From Eubacteriales bacterium (lineage in GTDB: Bacteria > Bacillota > Clostridia > Oscillospirales > CAG-272): DNA of 64,000 bases. Numbering within the stretch: position 1 is the first letter of the stretch; each line of letters begins with the position of its first letter. The notes beneath the pieces are model-generated. The model worked only from the letters and a program-made list of their open reading frames with translations. It was not told the origin of the DNA and did no database searches. Below are positions 1 to 8,662 of this stretch, piece after piece. Where the stretch lies: positions 3,879 through 67,878 of the forward strand of contig JAZRRX010000058.1 of assembly GCA_045651165.1 (NCBI GenBank), read 5' to 3'. Position numbers and translations under genes: made by a program.

Positions 1-1
1 T

Positions 2-514
2 GATGTGAAAAATCACAACACTACCTTTGAATTTACTGATGCCACGGTTGTGGGTAAAAATTCGGGAGCATCACACAGCACTTTGACACTTAACAAGGGC
101 TCACTTCATGGAATCGAAAAGGGAATGGTGGTTATCACGGGTCAGGGTGTTGTTGGTAGAGTAACCGAGGTTGGACTTAATACAAGTGAGGTGCTTTGCA
201 TTACTGATATTTCTTCTTCAGTTGGCGCACTTATTGAGCGCTCTGCTATGATAGGTATAGTTGAAGGATACTACGAAAACGAATGTCGTTTTCTTTACAC
301 CACGGGATTTGCTGATATTTCAAATATTGCAGTTGGTGACGTGGTTTTGAGTAGCGGTAGCGGAAGTATATATCCATATGGTCTTAAAATTGGTACTGTT
401 ACCGAAATTACACTTGACGATGCGAGTCGTTCGGTAATCGCGACTATAAAATCTGCGGTTGATTTTGAAAATATTAGTAGAGTTATGATAATCAAATCAT
501 TTAAGGTTGAATAG
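2..514 (+). CDS. mreC: Rod shape-determining protein MreC, C-terminal part (5' end lies outside the window)
   Basis: TLTLNKGSLHGIEKGMVVITGQGVVGRVTEVG and VLSSGSGSIYPYGLKIG match the MreC beta-barrel region; the frame is open from position 2. Confidence 0.88.
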   Translation, partial: DVKNHNTTFEFTDATVVGKNSGASHSTLTLNKGSLHGIEKGMVVITGQGVVGRVTEVGLNTSEVLCITDISSSVGALIERSAMIGIVEGYYENECRFLYTTGFADISNIAVGDVVLSSGSGSIYPYGLKIGTVTEITLDDASRSVIATIKSAVDFENISRVMIIKSFKVE

Positions 515-1175
515 AATGAAAAAATCTGATAAAAAAGAAAAAATTGCCGAGATTATTGTTGAACTCAAAAAAATATATCCAGAGGCAGTTTGTGCACTTG
601 AATTTGACGGTGAGCCGTGGAAGCTTCTCGTTATGGGACGTCTTTCGGCTCAGTGTACGGACGCGCGAGTGAATATTGTTTGCAGGGAGTTGTTTGCAAA
701 ATTTCCAACTTGTGAAAGTTTGGCATATGCGAGTTATGAAGAAATTGAAGATATTATTCGTCCCTGTGGACTTTTTAGAACAAAGGCAAAGAATATTAAG
801 GATGCTTGTTTGATGCTTCATGAGGAGTATCAAGGCAATTTGCCTTGCGATATGGACGAACTTTTAAAATTCCCAGGAGTTGGTCGCAAAATTGCCAATC
901 TTTTGCTCGGTGATATATTCCACAAACCCGCAATCGTTGCTGATACGCATATGATAAGAATTTGTGGTCGATTTGGTATGTATCCTCAAAAGTTAAAAGA
1001 CCCCCATAAAGTTGAAATTATTATGTCAGAGCTTGTTGAATCGGATGAGCAGAGTGATCTTTGTCATAGAATAGTTCAGTTTGGCAGAGATGTATGCTCG
1101 GCTCGTGCGCCTCAATGTCACAAATGTCCGATATCTCACCTTTGCGAGATGGGAAGGAAGTCACAAAATGTTTGA
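507..1175 (+). CDS. nth: Endonuclease III
   Basis: HhH motif LLKFPGVGRKIAN, LSAQCTDARVN, and 4Fe-4S motif CSARAPQCHKCPISHLC. Confidence 0.93.
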   Translation: MNRMKKSDKKEKIAEIIVELKKIYPEAVCALEFDGEPWKLLVMGRLSAQCTDARVNIVCRELFAKFPTCESLAYASYEEIEDIIRPCGLFRTKAKNIKDACLMLHEEYQGNLPCDMDELLKFPGVGRKIANLLLGDIFHKPAIVADTHMIRICGRFGMYPQKLKDPHKVEIIMSELVESDEQSDLCHRIVQFGRDVCSARAPQCHKCPISHLCEMGRKSQNV

Positions 1176-1674
1176 AAGTAATATAACCCTTATTGGAATG
1201 CCAGGGGCTGGAAAAAGCACAGTTGGTATTGTTCTTGCAAAGATGCTTTGTAAGAATTTTATTGATGCAGATCTTGTTATTCAGCATAACGAAGGTAAAA
1301 GATTACATAAGATAATAGATGAGATAGGTAATGAGAGATTTTTAAAGCTCGAAAATAGCACCTTGGCTAATATGAAGGTACATAACTCTATCATTTCAAC
1401 CGGTGGCTCTGCAATTTTTGGCAAGGAAGCAATGGCGCATTTGAAAAAGACGTCCACTGTGGTCTATCTAAAGGTGTCTTATGATATTATTGAAAAACGT
1501 CTTGGAAATCTAAAACGTCGTGGCGTTATTTTGGATGAGGGACAGACCTTGCGTGATATTTATGATATACGCACACCTCTTTATGAAAGTTATGCCGATA
1601 TCATTATCGAGTGCGACAATGAAAGCGATATTCAAGCAACTGCTATGAAGATTGCAGAATATTTTGAAAACTAA
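1168..1674 (+). CDS. aroK: Shikimate kinase
   Basis: P-loop LIGMPGAGKSTVG, IISTGGSA, R..LYESYAD; start moved to ATG 1168, which overlaps the nth stop. Confidence 0.9.
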   Translation: MFESNITLIGMPGAGKSTVGIVLAKMLCKNFIDADLVIQHNEGKRLHKIIDEIGNERFLKLENSTLANMKVHNSIISTGGSAIFGKEAMAHLKKTSTVVYLKVSYDIIEKRLGNLKRRGVILDEGQTLRDIYDIRTPLYESYADIIIECDNESDIQATAMKIAEYFEN

Positions 1675-1781
1675 AAAATGTTGTATTTTGCCATTATTTT
1701 AGTCATTTTTCACAGTGAATGAACGCTATGTTTATACTTTTTGTACAATGGGGAGAATTGAAAATAATCTCCAAAAACCCT

Positions 1782-1810
1782 TTGACAAAACAAATAAAAA
1801 AGTATATAAT
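1782..1810 (+). promoter_or_regulatory. SigA promoter for the small ORF and possibly tRNA-Leu
   Basis: TTGACA (1782-1787), 17-bp spacer, TATAAT (1805-1810). Confidence 0.8.
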
Positions 1811-1845
1811 GTATGAGTAAAAATAAAATTTGAAGGAGAATGACG

Positions 1846-2079
1846 ATGAACAAGGTAATTTGCAAGGTTACATATGATACAGAAGTAGATACTCTCGTAA
1901 AGAAGGTTACTTTTGGTTACTATGGCGATCCCGCTGGTTATGAAGAAATCCTTTTCGTAACAGCAAAGGGCAACTACTATCTCTACGGTAATGGTGGCGC
2001 TGAGTCCGTTTACCCCACAGAGAGCATCAAGAGAATGAGCAAAGCAAACGCTGAAGCTTGGCTTGCTTCTCACAACTAA
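1846..2079 (+). CDS. Small conserved hypothetical protein (77 aa)
   Basis: Consensus promoter, AGGAG RBS 7 nt before ATG 1846; YDTE...YEE.L...GNYYLYGNGG pattern. Confidence 0.8.
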   Translation: MNKVICKVTYDTEVDTLVKKVTFGYYGDPAGYEEILFVTAKGNYYLYGNGGAESVYPTESIKRMSKANAEAWLASHN

Positions 2080-2116
2080 TTGAAACACAAAAGGGGAGTT
2101 TAATGCTCCCCAATAT

Positions 2117-2200
2117 GCACCAATGGCGGAATTGGCAGACGCGCTAGACTTAGGATCTAGTGTCCCCGACGTGAAGGTTCAAGTCCTTTTTGGTGCACCA
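2117..2200 (+). tRNA. tRNA-Leu (anticodon TAG)
   Basis: Acceptor GCACCAA/TTGGTGC, D loop TGGCAGAC, anticodon arm CTAGA-CTTAGGA-TCTAG, long variable arm, GGTTCAAGTCC, encoded CCA. Confidence 0.95.
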
Positions 2201-2201
2201 T

Positions 2202-2233
2202 TCCCTCTCTATTAGAAATAGAGAGGGATTTTT
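2202..2233 (+). terminator. Intrinsic terminator after tRNA-Leu
   Basis: TCCCTCTCTAT-TAGAA-ATAGAGAGGGA followed by a T tract. Confidence 0.8.
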
Positions 2234-2318
2234 ATTGTTCTATATTTATCAAAATATATTGAAATATGTCAAATATTGTGCTAAAATAAATTTAGATATA
2301 CTTTTTTAGGAGGATAGA

Positions 2319-4301
2319 ATGATGAGAAAGATATTAAGTTTGGTTTTGGTGCTTGTTTTGATTTTATCATTATTTGCTTCTTGCAAAAACGATAATGATA
2401 ACAATATTACGAGTACAAGTACCACAACTCCTACCACAACTACTACATCTTCTACAACTACGACAGCAAAACCTACAACTACAACCAAACCTACAACTAC
2501 CACGACAACCAATAATGGTGGTGGCAACGATCCATCAGAGGATCATATTTATAACGACTTCACTGATGAAGAAAAAGAGCTTTTCAGAGAATACGTAGGT
2601 ACTTCTATTTGGTTTATTCCCAATGATGAATACTACGTTGAGGAATACACGTTTGATTATGAAGACGGCACGGGTGAGTACGGAGTTAATTTCTATACCT
2701 ATGGTAACACTCAAGAAGAATTTGACTATTATAAATCGATAATAGATTGGATGTACGACTTCGATGATTCTGCGGAAGATGAATACGGAGATACTTGGTA
2801 TTACTATACTGTAAATAATTACTATTATCTTGATATGTCATACTATTACAGTGATGGTGAATACGTAGTTGATGTGTATGTATATTATATAGATGAAATG
2901 ACTAGCTCGGGTGGTGGTACAAACACGGGCTCGGGCACAGGTTCGGGCGGATCTTCTTCAACCGATGCTAATGTTATTACCAATGCAGGCGTAGGGCTTC
3001 CCACAGGAACTAATGGTATATTCAACGTTGATTTTACAAAAGCGGACAAGGTTAAGGACGTAACAGACCAAGGTTATTATCTTGACGGCTGTCCCACAAC
3101 AGGTTCTCCTGCAGTGCTTGTAATTCCTGTACAGTTTAAAGATGTTACGGCTGCAAGCAAGGAATACACAATTTCCGCGCTTGTTAATGCCTTTTCGCAG
3201 GGTGGTGAAACTGACTACTACTCAGTTTATGACTATTACTATATTTCAAGCTACGGTCAGCTCACACTTGACATAACTGTTCTTGACTATTGGTTCACTC
3301 CTGAAAATAGTAGTAGCTATTATTATAATGCAACGTATGATTACTATGGTGATCAAGTTGCTATTGGTGACCAGTTGATTCTTGACGAAGCACTTGCATA
3401 TCTTGAGGACACTATGGACCTTTCAAAATTTGACTCTGATAATAATGGTATAATTGATTCCGTAGTTCTTATTAATACTCTTGATATTGGTGAAGAAGAT
3501 TTCTATTGGGCATATCGCTATTGGAATATCTATACTGATGATGAAGGTTATTACTATGAATATGACGGAGTTTCTGCAAACGATTATGTTTGGGCATCTT
3601 ATCAGTTCCTTTATGAGAGTTATGATGAGAATGGAGATGTTAATTATGATGATACTTCGGTAAGAAACACCTATACATTTATTCACGAGTTTTCTCATAT
3701 TCTTGGTCTTGATGACTATTATGATACATCATATTCCGATAACGCACTTCTTCTTGATGGATGCGATATGATGGATGGTATGACTGGCGACCACAATGCT
3801 TTCTCAAAGTTCAATCTTGGTTGGCTTACAACATCAAGACTTGTTGTTACAAGTGGTAGCGTAACGCTTACTCTTGAGGATTTTTCAAAGAACGGGGATA
3901 CAATCATTATTGCAAACAACTGGAACGAAAAACTCGGTGTATATCAGGAATATTATGTTCTTATGTATTACAAAAACACAGGACTTAATGGTGGGGATGA
4001 TTACGGATATTTCTCTCGCGATGGTGTTGTAGTTTATCATGTAAATGCATCTCTTTATTCTGAAGAATTTGATGGTGAAATGTATTACGATATTTATAAC
4101 AACAATACGGACTCTTCCGACCAATACGGAACAGAGGATAATCTTATTGAATTTATAAAGTCAGCTGAAGATACTTTCACATACGTTGTTGGCGACACAA
4201 TGCCTTCAGTAACTGATGATAACGGAGAAGTGCTTGGATATAGCTTTGTCATTGATGCTCTTACAAGCGAATATGCAACAATTACATTTACAGCAAAATA
4301 A
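2319..4301 (+). CDS. Lipoprotein with Thr-rich linker and M6-family (immune inhibitor A-like) metalloprotease domain
   Basis: Lipobox LFASC, poly-Thr linker, zinc motif HEFSHILGLDDYY, Met-turn CDMMD, HNAFSKFNLGW. Confidence 0.8.
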   Translation: MMRKILSLVLVLVLILSLFASCKNDNDNNITSTSTTTPTTTTTSSTTTTAKPTTTTKPTTTTTTNNGGGNDPSEDHIYNDFTDEEKELFREYVGTSIWFIPNDEYYVEEYTFDYEDGTGEYGVNFYTYGNTQEEFDYYKSIIDWMYDFDDSAEDEYGDTWYYYTVNNYYYLDMSYYYSDGEYVVDVYVYYIDEMTSSGGGTNTGSGTGSGGSSSTDANVITNAGVGLPTGTNGIFNVDFTKADKVKDVTDQGYYLDGCPTTGSPAVLVIPVQFKDVTAASKEYTISALVNAFSQGGETDYYSVYDYYYISSYGQLTLDITVLDYWFTPENSSSYYYNATYDYYGDQVAIGDQLILDEALAYLEDTMDLSKFDSDNNGIIDSVVLINTLDIGEEDFYWAYRYWNIYTDDEGYYYEYDGVSANDYVWASYQFLYESYDENGDVNYDDTSVRNTYTFIHEFSHILGLDDYYDTSYSDNALLLDGCDMMDGMTGDHNAFSKFNLGWLTTSRLVVTSGSVTLTLEDFSKNGDTIIIANNWNEKLGVYQEYYVLMYYKNTGLNGGDDYGYFSRDGVVVYHVNASLYSEEFDGEMYYDIYNNNTDSSDQYGTEDNLIEFIKSAEDTFTYVVGDTMPSVTDDNGEVLGYSFVIDALTSEYATITFTAK

Positions 4302-4306
4302 TATTA

Positions 4307-4332
4307 AAGGGCTTGGAGTTTTCCAAGCCCTT
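4307..4332. terminator. Hairpin terminator between convergent genes
   Basis: AAGGGCTTGGA-GTTT-TCCAAGCCCTT. Confidence 0.7.
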
Positions 4333-4336
4333 ATCT

Positions 4337-5170
4337 TTATCTTTTCTTGCCGAGTTCCCAAAAAGCAATAGCACCTGCTGCGCCCACGTTTAGTGAGTCC
4401 ACGTTATGATACATTGGTATTTTAACTGTATAGTCGCAATCTTCAATTGTCTTTGGAGTTAAGCCAGTACCCTCTGTACCAAGAATAATAGCAAGTTTTT
4501 CTTCTTTGTGAAGTTGTGGATTATCAATATCAATAGTATCGTTTCGCAAAGCCATAGCGAGAGTTTTGAAGCCGAGATTTTTCAAATCCTGCATTTTTGC
4601 AGGCCAATCGGCTTTTGTTTCACCAATTTTGGTCCACGGAACTTGAAATACAGTTCCCATGCTAACCCTTACTGCGCGACGGCATAATGGATCGCAACAA
4701 GTTGGAGTTACAAGAACTGCATCAATGCCAAGAGCCGCCGCTGAGCGAAATAGTGCACCGATATTGGTTGAGTCGGTTATCTCCTCGAAAACGGCAATTC
4801 TACGTGCATTTTGGCACAATTCTTCAACAGTGGAAAGGGTGGGGCGCAACATAGCGCAAAGAGCACCGCGTGTTAATTCAAATCCCGTCAGTGATGTCAA
4901 AATATCACGCGAGGCGGTATAAATCGGGGTGTTTTCGGGCAATTTTGCAATAATGTCCCCAACTGCACCGCTTTTAATAAGGCGCTCATCTGTCAAAAAT
5001 GAAACAGGGATACATCCTGAATTCATTGCAACCTCAATAACTGTGGGACTTTCGGCAATAAATATTCCTTTTTCTGGTTCTAATTTGTTTCTTAACTGTG
5101 AGCCTGTAAGACGCACATAAACGTCAAGGGCGCTATCGTTAAAATTAGTTATTTCTATGATATTTGGCAT
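4337..5170 (-). CDS. TrmH/SpoU family RNA methyltransferase
   Basis: NIGALFRSAAALG, RRAVRVSMG, ILGTEGTGL, IPMYHNVDSLNVGAA (SPOUT motifs). Confidence 0.9.
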   Translation of the reverse strand: MPNIIEITNFNDSALDVYVRLTGSQLRNKLEPEKGIFIAESPTVIEVAMNSGCIPVSFLTDERLIKSGAVGDIIAKLPENTPIYTASRDILTSLTGFELTRGALCAMLRPTLSTVEELCQNARRIAVFEEITDSTNIGALFRSAAALGIDAVLVTPTCCDPLCRRAVRVSMGTVFQVPWTKIGETKADWPAKMQDLKNLGFKTLAMALRNDTIDIDNPQLHKEEKLAIILGTEGTGLTPKTIEDCDYTVKIPMYHNVDSLNVGAAGAIAFWELGKKR

Positions 5171-5200
5171 AATAATTCCTTTGCAAATTTTCTCTATATT

Positions 5201-5229
5201 ATTGTAACTTTTTTCTGTTAAAATGTCAA
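5201..5229 (-). promoter_or_regulatory. SigA promoter for the SpoU-family gene
   Basis: Minus strand TTGACA (5229-5224), 17 bp, TACAAT (5206-5201). Confidence 0.65.
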
Positions 5230-5236
5230 TAATTTA

Positions 5237-5265
5237 TTGACAAATATATAGAATTTTGCTATAAT
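5237..5265 (+). promoter_or_regulatory. SigA promoter (extended -10) for the HTH-serine dehydratase/ddl unit
   Basis: TTGACA (5237-5242), 17 bp, TGcTATAAT (5257-5265). Confidence 0.8.
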
Positions 5266-5269
5266 TTAC

Positions 5270-5284
5270 TCAACCTAAAGTTGA
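5270..5284. promoter_or_regulatory. Candidate operator palindrome
   Basis: TCAAC-ctaaa-GTTGA between the -10 and the RBS. Confidence 0.45.
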
Positions 5285-5303
5285 TTTTAAAAGGGGATAA
5301 AAA

Positions 5304-6734
5304 ATGAGAAGTCAAGGCGAAAGAATTAAAAAGTTAAGAAAATCCAAGGGTGTTACTCAACGTGAGTTGGCAGAACGACTTGGGATTAGCGAGCAAGCAA
5401 TTTCTAAATGGGAGAAAAATCTTTCTAATCCTTCAACTAAAAATCTTTTGCAGATAGCCAAGATTTTTGGTGTATCAATAACATATTTTTATCAAGATGA
5501 AGAAACTCAAAGCAAAAAAATCACAAAAGAGGGTGGAATGGCATCTCTTCGTGAGCTTTATAAGATAGGACGTGGGCCTTCAAGTTCACATACAATAGGC
5601 CCTGAGCGCGCGTGTTTGCGTTTTAAGAGTGAACACCCTGCTGAAAGCTATAAGGCAATTCTTTATGGTTCTCTTTCAAAAACAGGCAAAGGGCACGGCA
5701 CAGATTACGTTATAAAGCAAACATTTTTGCCTCAAATTTGTGAAGTTGAATTTGACTTTGATACGGAGTGTACAGTACATCCCAACACTATGGATTTAAT
5801 TGCTATCAGCGAGGGGGAAATTGTTGCAAAACAACGTTTTTACAGTGTTGGTGGGGGAAGCATAATTGCAGATGGTGAAACTCTTGCAAAAAGTGATATG
5901 ATTTATCCTCTTGACACTTTTAAGGATATTGCGCAATATTGTCGTCAAAATGGCATTAGAATTTGGGAATATGCATTTGAGATTGAGGGCGAGGGCTTTT
6001 ATGCCCATATGGAAAAAATATGGGAAGCTATGAAACACTCAATGATAGCAGGAATGTCTGATGAAGGCATTTTGCCAGGTGGTCTTGGTGTGCACAAAAA
6101 AGCAAAACAATTATATAATAGCTATAAAGAGAATGAAAACCGTGAAACACGCGAGGACCGACTTGTTTGCGCGCTTGCATTTGCCGTTGGTGAGCAAAAT
6201 GCGGCGGGTGAAAAGATAGTTACAGCGCCCACATGTGGTGCGGCAGGCGTTCTTCCATCAGTAATGCTCTATCACAAGCATAAAAAGGGAGCAACTGATG
6301 ACGATATTATCAAGGCACTCACAACTGCTGGTGTTGTTGGTAACCTTATTAAGCACAATGCATCAATCTCAGGTGCTGAGTGTGGATGTCAAGCAGAGAT
6401 TGGTAGCGCTTGTTCTATGGCAGCAGCTGCTCTTGCAGAGCTTTATGGAATGGATATCGATAAGATTGAATATGCGGCAGAAATAGCACTTGAACACCAT
6501 TTAGGACTTACTTGCGACCCAATTTGTGGACTTGTGCAGATACCTTGCATTGAAAGAAATGCGGTTGCGGCAATGCGTGCTATAAATGCGGCAAATCTTG
6601 CTGATTTGCTTTTTGACACAAGAAAAATATCCTTTGACAAGGTCGTTATCGCTATGAAGGAAACGGGGGACGATATGTCACCTGCTTATAAAGAAACTAG
6701 CGAAGCGGGACTTGCAAAAATTGCAGTTGAGTAG
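5304..6734 (+). CDS. sdaA: XRE/Cro-C1 HTH domain fused to iron-sulfur L-serine dehydratase (single-chain type)
   Basis: aa 1-65 are an HTH (LRKSKGVTQRELAERLGISEQAISKWE); from M79 come GRGPSSSHTIGP, TGKGHGTD, TAPTCGAAG, GAECGCQAEIG and LGLTCDPICGLVQIPCIERN. Confidence 0.9.
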   Translation: MRSQGERIKKLRKSKGVTQRELAERLGISEQAISKWEKNLSNPSTKNLLQIAKIFGVSITYFYQDEETQSKKITKEGGMASLRELYKIGRGPSSSHTIGPERACLRFKSEHPAESYKAILYGSLSKTGKGHGTDYVIKQTFLPQICEVEFDFDTECTVHPNTMDLIAISEGEIVAKQRFYSVGGGSIIADGETLAKSDMIYPLDTFKDIAQYCRQNGIRIWEYAFEIEGEGFYAHMEKIWEAMKHSMIAGMSDEGILPGGLGVHKKAKQLYNSYKENENRETREDRLVCALAFAVGEQNAAGEKIVTAPTCGAAGVLPSVMLYHKHKKGATDDDIIKALTTAGVVGNLIKHNASISGAECGCQAEIGSACSMAAAALAELYGMDIDKIEYAAEIALEHHLGLTCDPICGLVQIPCIERNAVAAMRAINAANLADLLFDTRKISFDKVVIAMKETGDDMSPAYKETSEAGLAKIAVE

Positions 6735-6753
6735 TTAAGAAAGAGGTGTTTTT

Positions 6754-7758
6754 ATGAATATAGTAGTTTTGGCAGGCGGGCTCAGTATGGAGCGAGATGT
6801 GTCATTAGCATCGGGCTCACTAATTGCGAATGCTTTGCGTGAGTGTGGACAAAATGCCGTGCTTGTCGACCTTTATTACGGAATAGAAAAAGATGAAATG
6901 TGCTTTGACAATATGTCTGGCAGATACAAATACAAAATACCTGAAACAGCACCCGACCTTGAAGCATTAATTAAAGCCAACGGAGATAGACGCGATCCCG
7001 TGGGTGAAAATGTTATTGATTTTTGCAAAATGGCAGACGTTGCTTTTCTGGCACTTCACGGAGGTGTTGGTGAAAATGGTCAACTTCAGGCACTTCTTGA
7101 AATGAATGGTATTCGTTTTACGGGTAGTTCATCCATTGGTTGCATGCTTTCAATGGATAAGATTATTTCAAAGGAACTTATTTCACAGGAGGGTATTCCA
7201 ACTGCTCGTTGGCTCACAAACAAGAGTAGCCGAGAGGAGTTAAATGCGCTTGTTCCTTGCTTTGTGAAACCTGCGGATAACGGCTCAAGTGTGGGTGTTA
7301 CTAAAGTTGTTAGTGAAATTGAGCTTGACGAGGCGCTTCGTGAGGCAGAGAAGTTTTCTAAAAATATTCTTATTGAAGAGCAGGTAGTGGGCAGAGAATT
7401 CTCTGTTGGAATCCTCGACGGAAAGGCATTGCCCCCCATTGAAATTATTGCATCTGGTGATTTTTACAATTACAAGGTGAAATATCAGGCGGGATTGGCG
7501 CATGAGGAATGTCCTGCCAACATTGATTCAAAATTGACTAAAAAACTTCAAAAATACGCCGAGCGTGCACACAGAGTGCTTCGCCTTGGCTCATATTCAA
7601 GAATCGACTTTATTATGGATGAACACGGTGAATTCTTCTTCCTTGAGGCAAACGCGTTGCCCGGAATGACACCGACAAGCTTGTTGCCACAGGAAGCGGC
7701 TGCGGCAGGTATTAATTATACACAACTTTGCTTAAAGATAATTGAACTTGCAAAATAG
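6754..7758 (+). CDS. ddl: D-alanine--D-alanine ligase
   Basis: LAGGLSMERDVS, LHGGVGENG, FVKPADNGSSVG, FYNYKVKY, EANALPGMTPTSLLP. Confidence 0.92.
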   Translation: MNIVVLAGGLSMERDVSLASGSLIANALRECGQNAVLVDLYYGIEKDEMCFDNMSGRYKYKIPETAPDLEALIKANGDRRDPVGENVIDFCKMADVAFLALHGGVGENGQLQALLEMNGIRFTGSSSIGCMLSMDKIISKELISQEGIPTARWLTNKSSREELNALVPCFVKPADNGSSVGVTKVVSEIELDEALREAEKFSKNILIEEQVVGREFSVGILDGKALPPIEIIASGDFYNYKVKYQAGLAHEECPANIDSKLTKKLQKYAERAHRVLRLGSYSRIDFIMDEHGEFFFLEANALPGMTPTSLLPQEAAAAGINYTQLCLKIIELAK

Positions 7759-7759
7759 A

Positions 7760-7788
7760 AAAAACACCTGCTATATGCAGGTGTTTTT
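7760..7788. terminator. Bidirectional terminator
   Basis: AAAAACACCTGC-TATAT-GCAGGTGTTTTT. Confidence 0.8.
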
Positions 7789-8662
7789 ATTTTATCTCAT
7801 CAATTTTGAATTGAACTTTGTGATGTAGAGAAAAATCATCTTCACCATTCCACATAAGGACTGTGGGGGAGAGGGAATATAGTTCAAACTCAAGTATAGG
7901 TCGTGCACTATCAAGCCCTTTATAAATATATGGTCTTGGAGAAGAGAACAATACACTTGCACTTTCTATAGCAAGATGAGCAAGAGAAACATTGTTCAAA
8001 TCGAGCGCTGAGATATGATACAAATAAGAATAATGATAAAAGCTTGTACCGAGCAGATTTGCGTCTGCGATAGTTATTTTATTAGCAGAAGCAAGAGTTA
8101 TCCGTGCTCCCTTATCGTTAGTTTTGTTTGAAATATAATCAAAATTTTCTTTGTTAGAAAGAGAAATTATCTCTTTAATGCTATCAGGTGCTTTTTTAAT
8201 TAAACTTGCCACTTTTTCATCATCTTGAATAGATAGAATAAGTGCAAATGGGGAAATATATTCCTTTGTGTGATTATAATACTCCTCGCTCATTTCGATT
8301 ACAGTATATTCATCATTACTGATAGAAAGAGTAATAGCCAAAAACAAATCATCATTTGAAAGTGATTTCTTTGTGATTTTTAATAGCTTTTCTGCATTCT
8401 CGCAGATAATTTCTTGATTTATAGTCAATTCGTTATGTAAAAATCGCTTGTTAAAGTCAACTCTATTAGCATTAATGTAGTGGGTATGACTTATTTCACA
8501 AGCAGACATAATTGAACATAGGAAAGAAGCGACATTGCATGTCCTATTTCCAACAATCAATATAATTTTTGACTTGATATCCTTCGATATCAAGTCAAAA
8601 ATTTTGCTATTATGTTTTTGTGTGTTTTTATTAATAAAATTCTTTAGGCTTCTATATGTCAT
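7787..8662 (-). CDS. Hypothetical protein, degenerate FolC/Mur-ligase-like fold
   Basis: Colinear resemblance to FolC (IILIVG; VDFNKRF ~ VDFRERI; YTVIEM ~ VVLEV; KGLDSAR...FELYSLSPTVL ~ GL..ARWPGRFE....P.I) without the GTNGKGS P-loop. Confidence 0.55.
   Translation of the reverse strand: MTYRSLKNFINKNTQKHNSKIFDLISKDIKSKIILIVGNRTCNVASFLCSIMSACEISHTHYINANRVDFNKRFLHNELTINQEIICENAEKLLKITKKSLSNDDLFLAITLSISNDEYTVIEMSEEYYNHTKEYISPFALILSIQDDEKVASLIKKAPDSIKEIISLSNKENFDYISNKTNDKGARITLASANKITIADANLLGTSFYHYSYLYHISALDLNNVSLAHLAIESASVLFSSPRPYIYKGLDSARPILEFELYSLSPTVLMWNGEDDFSLHHKVQFKIDEIK

Noticed and set aside
2411-2510. ACAACT/ACTACA tandem repeats (also 61870-61925) as a CRISPR array or contingency locus
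   Set aside because: They are imperfect codon repeats encoding Thr linkers, with no spacers and no pure short-unit tract.
6754-7758. Vancomycin-resistance locus (Ddl plus the VanY-like peptidase at 47983-49185)
   Set aside because: The ligase has Tyr in the omega loop (FYNYKVKY), as in D-Ala-D-Ala ligases. The two genes are 40 kb apart and no vanH/X/R/S is present.
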